From a virus: a stretch of DNA of 64,000 nucleotides. This document shows positions 58,201 through 64,000 of this stretch, in pieces; the first letter of the stretch is position 1, and each line of letters begins with the position of its first letter. The translations under genes and the position numbers were made by a program. Under the pieces are notes generated by a model. The model searched no databases. It worked only from the letters and a program-made list of their open reading frames with translations, and was not told the DNA's origin. The stretch lies in IMG/VR virus record IMGVR_UViG_3300003323_000915, positions 13,249 through 77,248 of that record, one strand, 5' to 3'.

Positions 58201-58630
58201 CACCACAGAAACCGATCTTCATACGTACACCACTAAAGCAAACACGTTGTTAAACAACGGAGAAAGCCTTGAAGTGGAATACGGGGGGTCATTTGTTAGC
58301 TCAGCTACAGCAACCAGACAAATAAAAATTTATTTTGGAGGCAGTGTTATACTGGACACTGGGGCATTGACATTGACATTGTCATCTCAATGGACAGCAT
58401 ACATAACGATTATGCGAAAGAATTCAACCACTGTTCGGTATATGTGCTCATTGACTACAGAAGGCGCGGCATTAGCGGCTTACACATCTGCCGGGGAATT
58501 GGGTTCGTTGACATTATCGAACACAAACATCGTTAAAGTTACCGGGACAGCAGCCGGCACAGGAGCCGCCAGCAATGACATTGTTTTAAAAATCGCGAAA
58601 GGTAACTGGGAACCAGTATCAAATAATTAA
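52235..58630 (+). CDS. Giant Ser/Thr/Gly-rich tail fibre-like protein with internal duplications
   Basis: 2131 aa; GGT.GQ.L.K.S, TDNAI.RW.G, VANGGTG and TVPPNSSVAFP.GTQI fibre modules. Confidence 0.8.
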   Translation: MLIEEAFEILSKANDRIAQLGSDYVDQAGTPKQPRTLQELIRVRQLYNLLNKFILINNGGTAINGTFGQNDAALNRLLLVLKKKAKIYTSPAIPNPIHSFVTESCCGSSLPKSGNNGDLLMWLDGDWINFAKGSDGQSLVSTPTGLAWSNAVGNGIPSGGSAGQYLKKNSNTSYDVVWGTIQTIDINGVTASPSEINILDGAIITTAELNYLSGLSGPLTTLLAGKISTALANGSFLVGNASNVATAVTPTGDVVFNNTGVFAISSGVIVDADVNASAAISRSKIAAGTSNRIVINSSTGVLNDAAAITANRLLVSDANGIPMASAVASSVVPFLDPSSSIQTQLNGKLSATISSPAQGDILVYNGTTYINYAVGTNGQVLMSNGTTVVWGSATANGLPTGGTTHQYLRKSSNSDYVTEWETLILADISDISTTFTEINLLSGLTATSAQLNYTVGVTAPIQGQIDNKMGRSLSYNALWVGNAGNIASELAPGIDGYVLTMVGTAPQWQPQTPPGNVSGVGPTTDNAIVRWNGISASSIQNSGIIIDDSNNIDGVANLRIETGGAIRTDVANTSSVLLQAYDVDGAAYTTFGTLTAGNVPTFNLADAVTINSAYIYRAGGTDVSLADGGTGVSLSDPGANKILAWDDTDNSIGFWTLGSGLSYDHSTHTLSATGTGSVGGPGSSTDNAIARWDGTTGTVIQNSGVIIDDSNNVTGIANITLTTGSAVRTGTSNTNTVLLQAYNTGSTSYTTFGTLTAGATPTFDLGTTTTIGTAYIYRIGGTDVSLADGGTGASLSAPGSDRIMFYDVSATSTAYLATGTTLTIIGTTIDVAAHGIANSNFRQSSALSIVGNATNATADVADISSSSDGDVLRRSGTTLGFGTITGSSITLSNGNATTWNGTTKTIDWGGTTSSNVSVTGNYSISLTDTTTDSGRNPTASLSLTKTTGSGTADANILLSASFTTLAGEGFSENVTTAKTLDFNGGINLTYTQTGTIAGNSYTTYATIEPGAIGLISTSNRTTNSDIALTIVTGEGLSFGKSDGSTAATGSYSFASGVNVSAVGRTGFASGLGNDSTRQVTSSGIAAIAMYATTSAQTSGHGALANYSAIIGGVDHNIPSTALRSVVLGGSLIKVSASVTDTAHAQNLRIGSNSYFGSFSTTPSAKIHISSGSTTAGTAPIKFTLGGSLMTTPENGAMEAVNSHIYWTDSTGVRWQLDQQFTNPMTTIGDIIQATTSGAPARLASVATGNVLLSGGVATANFWGKVNLTTHVSSILPVANGGTGTATPGLVAGANVTITGTWPNQTIASTGGGGGSSTLTINTQTSSYTLVLTDGTDTLVEMNSSTGNNVTVPPNSSVAFPIGTQIPVSQLGTGLTSIVAGAGVTIYTSAGSLAGAGQYTVMVLIKRGTNEWYLENGVAAAGGSGTVTSVSIVTANGISGSVATATTTPAITLSLGAITPTFVGTTSATEINYVTGVTSGIQSQIDLKSNLYLTHNTQTGTTYTLVLSDKNSAIVEMNNASANTLTVPPNSSVAFPTGTQIPVTQFGAGQTTIVAGSGVTIHTSSGVLTSPGQYAIMVLEKRGTNEWYLWNGVQGITNTAANNELMKSDGTNAVPSGLFMSSTIMSGLTGLNGNVKIAGTSWVATRRLETEENSASSNTVLYPIRLNNITSGTPAAGIGVGIEFYSQTASTNKEIGSTIESIATSVTSTSENFDLVFKTMTSGATATEKLRIVSDGTFNLGSSSVSGSTRAFQVVGSATDIGVTFNLKGAESFSIYDSTNKGLLYTPSTNTLFTNRDANLTISGFGGTSARSLIFDTGLTLSGTGGNLDLRPGSSGSGESSYGSILLNGNKIVVGISGGTGTSASISTDAGTSARNSGRDLNITGGNAYSVSGNGNGGNIIISGGTGHGSGVGGNVGIFKTSPTSKLHITAGSATANTAPLQMDSGAVETTIRSGIFEYNNSFYFSNSALNRIGVPGRIFESFADGGNSSTTETDLHTYTTKANTLLNNGESLEVEYGGSFVSSATATRQIKIYFGGSVILDTGALTLTLSSQWTAYITIMRKNSTTVRYMCSLTTEGAALAAYTSAGELGSLTLSNTNIVKVTGTAAGTGAASNDIVLKIAKGNWEPVSNN

Positions 58631-58632
58631 TT

Positions 58633-58773
58633 ATGCTAAGCAGACCAATTTTATGCGTATTACTAAATATCAACAACGGAGGGATCGTAGTTCCTGATTG
58701 GGTTTTAAAAACTGGCATTTGGAATAATTCTGCATATTGGGATAATTCAGCTTTTTATAGGAACATACCTTAA
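58633..58773 (+). CDS. Small Trp-rich virion-associated peptide (46 aa)
   Basis: Hand-translated ...WVLKTGIWNNSAYWDNSAFY. Confidence 0.5.
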   Translation: MLSRPILCVLLNINNGGIVVPDWVLKTGIWNNSAYWDNSAFYRNIP

Positions 58774-58783
58774 TTAAAATATT

Positions 58784-60127
58784 ATGTCTCAATTTACTTT
58801 TACCGGCGGAAATGGCTCTTCAGGGCAGACGGGACTACAGATAATAAATGGATTGAACAACAACTTCAATGAGATTTATGGAGGAAGTGTTTCATGGCTT
58901 ACATCAGGATCTACAACTGTCACAAATCCTACTATAGTTGGAAACATAACATTTAATGGACTACAAACAATTTCTGGCACCACGCCACAGATGGTGTTTT
59001 CACCTGCCTCTGATGTTAATAGAATAAAATTTAGCACACTACAGGGTTCTGATTATGGGGACTATTGGATCACTTTGAAGGACAATGATTTTGGTGATAC
59101 AGAGCATGATCAGGTATTTAATTTTGGATTTAATACTAATGGTTCTGGCGGGAGAGTCAACACTAGTAACGGTGCGGTGTGGTTTTCGATGGAGTCGCAT
59201 TTTAATGGCATATCCGATGATGACTTTGAGATCCACATGCCGGAAGTTTTAAGCCGCGATGGCGCAACTAATGTTCGGGTCTTAAGCATGAACATAGCTA
59301 AAGATATGTCTAATTCGGAGAGTTTTTGGCATATAAAGAAACAAGAATGGCGTCCATTGTTGACTGACAACCCATACTTTTCAATACAAGACGGGACTGC
59401 CGAAATAACAAACACTTCATCCGGACAAGCAAATTTAAACATCGTAGGATCTGGCGGATCTTCGTCAATAGTAACATTTAACGATGGGCTTAAATTCCTG
59501 AATAGCTCAGTAACAAAATCAGCATTCGTATTTAACAATGATGACAACGGAACCAATAATGCACTTGTAACGAGTAACAACGTAAACGGCTCACCAGGAC
59601 CTACTGGCTTTAATATTACTGCAGGTGGCGCAAACGCTAGTCTTTGGTACTATGTACCGTCAAATCATAATAATTACCTGAGAAGCAACGATGGCGGAAA
59701 CTGGACTTTTTACTCTGCAACAGGATATGTATTTGATAACTCTGCTCCTGTACAGATAACGAATTTAACCACTGCCGGCGTTGTCATAACAGATGCCAGC
59801 GGCAATATCAGTTCATCAACATTTGAAGCTTCATCATCAGTCACGCCGTCAACACAAGCAAGTGGACGAAGTTTAGCTTCTGGAGACAAGGGGACGATAA
59901 TAGTCACATCAAATACAAGTCCTATTAGCATAACCATACCAACAGGACTTTCAATTGGCTTTTTTTGTCGCGTCTCCCAAGGGTCTTCTGGAACAGTGAC
60001 AGTATCTGGCGCTGGCGGAACTACAGTTATAGGCGGAACAGCAGGTACAGCAATTACAACAAATGTCGGTGACATAGTAGAGGTATATTGTACTGGAACA
60101 AACACGTATTCAATTAACTTACACTAA
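58784..60127 (+). CDS. Second fibre/spike-like virion protein
   Basis: INGLNNNFNEIY anchor motif; C-terminal module like those in the giant fibre. Confidence 0.7.
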   Translation: MSQFTFTGGNGSSGQTGLQIINGLNNNFNEIYGGSVSWLTSGSTTVTNPTIVGNITFNGLQTISGTTPQMVFSPASDVNRIKFSTLQGSDYGDYWITLKDNDFGDTEHDQVFNFGFNTNGSGGRVNTSNGAVWFSMESHFNGISDDDFEIHMPEVLSRDGATNVRVLSMNIAKDMSNSESFWHIKKQEWRPLLTDNPYFSIQDGTAEITNTSSGQANLNIVGSGGSSSIVTFNDGLKFLNSSVTKSAFVFNNDDNGTNNALVTSNNVNGSPGPTGFNITAGGANASLWYYVPSNHNNYLRSNDGGNWTFYSATGYVFDNSAPVQITNLTTAGVVITDASGNISSSTFEASSSVTPSTQASGRSLASGDKGTIIVTSNTSPISITIPTGLSIGFFCRVSQGSSGTVTVSGAGGTTVIGGTAGTAITTNVGDIVEVYCTGTNTYSINLH

Positions 60128-60142
60128 TTTATATCACAGTAA

Positions 60143-61624
60143 ATGAATTTTGCTGTAATAGGATCATCCTCTTCATCAAAAAACAAGGCTCATCCGCCGA
60201 GCGCAGCGCAATATTTTTCGATAAGTAATTATTCTGGTAGCAGGCAGGCTTTGATTAGAATTCCTCAAGGATACTTTGATAATTCTAATAGTTATCCATT
60301 AATGATTGGATTACCCGGGTATGGCGCAACGGATAGAACCGGCGGAAGTTTTGCTAACGTCAATAACTCTGGAGAGGGATTTGGTCAGTTCTTACTTGCA
60401 AACGCATCGCCGCAATTTGAACGTGCACTATGGATAATTCCTGAGAATTTAGTATTCAATGTTGATTATAGTAGTTCAGAATTTGTGGCCGCTAAGGCTT
60501 ACATGACTACTCATTACAGGGTTGATACAAATCGCATATCAATCACAGGATTATCCGGAGGTGCGATTGGATGTTTGTCAGCATTCATAAATAATCAATC
60601 TGAAATAGCCTCCATGACATTTGTTTCAGGGCCGGCGATTGATAGCGCATGGAGTACAGCATCAGGAATCGGCATATGGCATCATCAAGGAACAGCAGAC
60701 GCTACGTTTGGCAGAACTATTGGAGGAACGTTGTACAGAGCAAACGGAGGATCTGGGGCGTTCAACAATCTTGATCCGGCCGCCAGGACATCATATTATT
60801 ATCCGCTTGGACACACGTCGTCAGTGTGGGACACAAATGTTTATAATCCATCAACCGCGCCACACGATGTGTACGCATGGATGCTTAAGTTTTCAAAAGA
60901 CACTTCACAACAAGCAACGCTGCATGTCGAATTCGCGGAGAGTTCACTTGATGTTAGAGATTATCGTGAGGCACTGATACAGGTTAACAACTTAAGTTCT
61001 GGATCAACAAAAACAGCATTATTGTCTAGGCTGTCCACGCTCAGGACAACCATTGATAAAGGTGGATCAAGATACTTTATTTCATTCCAAGATAGCTCAA
61101 TAGGATCACTTGGATCTGGTTACAATATCTTTGTGTCGCCGTTAACAACGAATGCCGCGATCACCAATATTGTCGATCAGGATAATTCATCATCAACAAT
61201 CGGAGTTAAAATACAGCAGCAACTTGACGTCAGTGGTACCGCGGAGGCAGTTTCAAGCTTTAATGCAGGCAGACAAAAATCAAAAGGTTTTGTTTATCAG
61301 GCGAATCTACAAGGTGCGCTTGTTAACGCATCATTAACCAATGGAGTTGTGAGACTTACAAACATTCCGACCGGCAAGCTTGTTGATGTTTTAATTCATC
61401 ACCACCACAATTTCAACGATGATGACAATAATGCTATGTCATCTGAGACAAAATTGCAAGCCACTGTAAATGGTATAACGAATAGTCAATACTCAGCATA
61501 CAATAACGTTGACTATCTGTACTTCACCGGCGCGCCGGAATCAAGCGGAAATGTTGATATTGCAATAAGAAATGCCGGCGCGAGAAGCGCGGCAGTGCAA
61601 ATGTTAGAAATATTGGTGTATTAA
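60143..61624 (+). CDS. Alpha/beta-hydrolase (esterase) with C-terminal beta-sandwich
   Basis: VDTNRISITGLSGGA nucleophile elbow, QGTAD, LGH. Confidence 0.75.
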   Translation: MNFAVIGSSSSSKNKAHPPSAAQYFSISNYSGSRQALIRIPQGYFDNSNSYPLMIGLPGYGATDRTGGSFANVNNSGEGFGQFLLANASPQFERALWIIPENLVFNVDYSSSEFVAAKAYMTTHYRVDTNRISITGLSGGAIGCLSAFINNQSEIASMTFVSGPAIDSAWSTASGIGIWHHQGTADATFGRTIGGTLYRANGGSGAFNNLDPAARTSYYYPLGHTSSVWDTNVYNPSTAPHDVYAWMLKFSKDTSQQATLHVEFAESSLDVRDYREALIQVNNLSSGSTKTALLSRLSTLRTTIDKGGSRYFISFQDSSIGSLGSGYNIFVSPLTTNAAITNIVDQDNSSSTIGVKIQQQLDVSGTAEAVSSFNAGRQKSKGFVYQANLQGALVNASLTNGVVRLTNIPTGKLVDVLIHHHHNFNDDDNNAMSSETKLQATVNGITNSQYSAYNNVDYLYFTGAPESSGNVDIAIRNAGARSAAVQMLEILVY

Positions 61625-61636
61625 AACAAAAAATCT

Positions 61637-62407
61637 ATGAAAAGACAACCATTAATCATTGACGGTATTCAATATCTTGAATATATGCCTAACGACGGAA
61701 ATTCGGCAGGTCTGATAAACTATTACCATGGCACTGGCGGTTGCGGATCAGACATAAACAAAGTTGATTCAGAGTATTTCCCGGGACTTTTAGCTGCCGG
61801 GAAACTTGAGATACCATACACCGTGATTTGTCCTCAATTACCGGCACGGTATGTAAACGGTGTTTTGCAAGGATGGAACGAGAATGATTTCAATCCAATC
61901 ATTCGTGATCTTCTGCCGAAGTACAATTTAGATAAGCATTTAGTGGCGTTAAGCCTCGGCGGAATGTCATTCCAAAAGATGCTATCGAATAACCCAGGAG
62001 TATTTAAAACGGTGTCGGTTATTGCCGGTAAAAGCGACACGTTAGGATGGAACGCAATTCCTAGTCCAGAAAATGCCGCGATGCCTGAATTGGTTAAGTT
62101 GTCGTCAATCTTTTTCTATGGCACCGCGGACACGCAGATACCGAACGGATACAACAGCATGTTGAATTTGGCAAACATCCTTAAATCCAAGGGGGCCGAC
62201 AATACATGGGTGCCTTACGCTGGAATGGTACACAATATTTGGCCACAATCATTTACTGATTATTTTGTTTGGCTTTCAAGCAAGGTTGCGCCACTTCCAA
62301 AACCAGTACCTGATCCTGTTTTGACGTGGACACTGCTGAATGGAGTGTTAATTGGCACCACGGAAAGCGGTAAGACTGTCAACGTTGACCCAAGCTCAAT
62401 ATCGTAA
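61637..62407 (+). CDS. Alpha/beta-hydrolase (esterase/peptidase-like)
   Basis: YHGTGG, VICPQ, ALSLGG, YGTAD, GMVHNIW. Confidence 0.75.
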   Translation: MKRQPLIIDGIQYLEYMPNDGNSAGLINYYHGTGGCGSDINKVDSEYFPGLLAAGKLEIPYTVICPQLPARYVNGVLQGWNENDFNPIIRDLLPKYNLDKHLVALSLGGMSFQKMLSNNPGVFKTVSVIAGKSDTLGWNAIPSPENAAMPELVKLSSIFFYGTADTQIPNGYNSMLNLANILKSKGADNTWVPYAGMVHNIWPQSFTDYFVWLSSKVAPLPKPVPDPVLTWTLLNGVLIGTTESGKTVNVDPSSIS

Positions 62408-62462
62408 TTGCTTATCCGCTCAAATCATTATAACTTTGATTTGAACTAAAACACCAAAAAGT

Positions 62463-62912
62463 ATGGCAAAAATTGAAATCCAAAAAGATCAACTTGTCGG
62501 AGTAAGGAATGCGGCACAAACTTACATCAACCGTAACCCTGATCGTAGCAAGCTGCATTATGCGCTCGAAAAATTCTTAAAGAACACAAAATCAGAATTT
62601 GAAGAGTATCAGGATGCAGAGAATGATATCCGGGTTGATTGCGCGCTCGTTGATAAGGACACCAAGAAATTTGTCCTTGAGGGAAAAGAACTTGCAATCG
62701 ATCCTTCAAAGGCGAAAGACTTGCAGAAAAAAATGCGCGCACTTGGCCGTGAGGTTGTGTCAATTGACACCTTCTATTGCACTGAAATTCCTGCCGGACT
62801 TGAGGCGATATGGTATCAGGTTTTCAATGGCGTAATCTTCAAAGAAGACCAAGATCCAGTGCTTGCCGAAGGTAAACAAGTACAACTTGAAAGCTCCAAT
62901 GGAGTAAAATAA
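62463..62912 (+). CDS. Hypothetical protein (fibre-chaperone-like position)
   Basis: 149 aa; TAACTTTG promoter element at 62431. Confidence 0.55.
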   Translation: MAKIEIQKDQLVGVRNAAQTYINRNPDRSKLHYALEKFLKNTKSEFEEYQDAENDIRVDCALVDKDTKKFVLEGKELAIDPSKAKDLQKKMRALGREVVSIDTFYCTEIPAGLEAIWYQVFNGVIFKEDQDPVLAEGKQVQLESSNGVK

Positions 62913-62915
62913 TAA

Positions 62916-63578
62916 ATGATTGATGAGGTTTACCAGCTTGTTAATTTCATTGCGGACAAAAATGGCCGGGGGTATGTATCTCCGGCTCAATTCAATTTAC
63001 TCGCAAAGCAATGTCAGCTTGAATTCATCTCATCACGCCTCGGCAATATCCGCCAGTTAAATCAAAAAGGCGTACCTCCTTTTGGGTACAAATCAAATCG
63101 CAGGATAGATACAGATCTACGACCGTTCGTGTACGGACCTGTGACTATACCAATTAATCAGCAGGGCAATTTCGTGTATCCGTACAACTTCATGTGGCCG
63201 GATGCCTTCCATAAGATTGATTTCTCAGAAATGAACGAGATCAGCAGTGATGAATATCCTTCAGTAAAAAAGAACACTATCATCACGCCGACGGAAGATT
63301 ACCCGATTATCATATTCAAAAATCCGTACGGTTTCATTGATCCGTATACAATCGGATCTTTTAAACTGAGTTACGTACAATATCCACCAGATCCAGTTTG
63401 GGGGTACGATGTCGTAAATGACACTCCGGTATATAACGGTAGCAAGACAGTTGATTTTCTCCTCGGAAATATCAGCATGATGGATATCACCGCGCTGATC
63501 ATTGAGAAAATTGGAATTTTCCTGAACAAGGATCAATTGCTTCAATACTCGCAACTTAAAATACAGCAAGGCACATGA
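62916..63578 (+). CDS. Tail ring/tubular protein (crAss-like)
   Basis: IDEVYQLV...KNGRGYVSPAQFNLLA..CQLEF; Y...P..P.WGY. Confidence 0.7.
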   Translation: MIDEVYQLVNFIADKNGRGYVSPAQFNLLAKQCQLEFISSRLGNIRQLNQKGVPPFGYKSNRRIDTDLRPFVYGPVTIPINQQGNFVYPYNFMWPDAFHKIDFSEMNEISSDEYPSVKKNTIITPTEDYPIIIFKNPYGFIDPYTIGSFKLSYVQYPPDPVWGYDVVNDTPVYNGSKTVDFLLGNISMMDITALIIEKIGIFLNKDQLLQYSQLKIQQGT

Positions 63579-64000
63579 TAAAGACTCGTAAATATTACGC
63601 AGACAGGATCATCCTTGCTTTACAGAATGGATATCCAAACATTGACTTTAAGATTCAAGAACGGGAAGTTTTCCCGGTGATCGATGATGTGGTAAACAGG
63701 TTTGCCGAGAATGAATATTTTGACAACTGGCGAATGACCGGAGCGGGAATCGACGAACATTACATCACAACCTTCAGTGAGATAGATGTTGTTGATCAAG
63801 AGGATGAGGCGCCAAGCTATTTTGATTTCCCATCAAATTACGCGGCACTTCCGAATAATCGAGGTATCGATGAGATTTGGCCATTAAAATATCAGCTTAA
63901 GGGAGATGACCACTCTGTGGTGATCATGAATCACTCTGATTTCAGAAGATACAAAAACATGTACGCCGGTAAACTTGAAGGACGTCTTGGTGGTTACCCA
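63575..64000 (+). CDS. Virion/tail protein; 3'-partial
   Basis: ATGA-coupled ORF MIKTRKYYADRII... running off the window. Confidence 0.55.
   Translation, partial: MIKTRKYYADRIILALQNGYPNIDFKIQEREVFPVIDDVVNRFAENEYFDNWRMTGAGIDEHYITTFSEIDVVDQEDEAPSYFDFPSNYAALPNNRGIDEIWPLKYQLKGDDHSVVIMNHSDFRRYKNMYAGKLEGRLGGYP

Noticed and set aside
52235-58630. Diversity-generating retroelement TR/VR pair
   Set aside because: The duplications are in-frame protein modules with general synonymous divergence, not adenine-specific changes, and no reverse transcriptase is in the window.
1-64000. Alternative genetic code (stop-codon reassignment seen in some Crassvirales)
   Set aside because: Terminase, portal, capsid and fibre genes are long and uninterrupted in the standard code, and all three stop codons terminate genes.
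1-64000. tRNA or rRNA genes
   Set aside because: No cloverleaf with a T-loop GTTCRA in the correct context was seen by eye in the intergenic gaps; tRNAscan-SE would be needed to exclude them.

Overview
This window is a 64-kb segment of a large tailed-phage genome, most likely a crAss-like (Crassvirales-related) phage of a Bacteroidota host. Host evidence: several TAnnTTTG promoter elements, A-rich start regions without Shine-Dalgarno sequences, and DUF5675 lysin and BT0820-type HAD genes. Layout from left to right: (1) end of a large virion protein and a lysis cassette (1-3.2 kb); (2) two GroES-type co-chaperonins and a glycosyltransferase/methyltransferase operon (4-9.5 kb); (3) a solo tnpB with an IS200/IS605-type right end (10.1-11.3 kb); (4) a long leftward region of small early genes containing gmhA and a serine recombinase (11.3-22 kb); (5) an iteron-type origin candidate and a primase-helicase (22.7-25.1 kb); (6) a rightward recombination/replication operon with RecT, a PD-(D/E)xK nuclease, SSB, split HldE heptose kinase and nucleotidyltransferase, a HAD phosphatase, two homing endonucleases, an SF2 helicase and VRR-NUC (29.9-41.6 kb); (7) the terminase-portal-scaffold-capsid block, a 2131-aa Ser/Thr-rich fibre, two tail-linked esterases and tail genes (42-64 kb). 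The most notable feature is an apparently complete phage-encoded NDP-heptose pathway plus two GT9 heptosyltransferase-like enzymes, spread over three operons. Also notable are a recurring 16-bp palindrome at promoters (two copies flank the recombinase in inverted orientation), a strand-specific 11-mer at early-gene junctions, and two structured intergenic RNA candidates. All calls come from motif recognition by eye; no database searches were run. Start codons were adjusted from the ORF track where a downstream ATG was more plausible.
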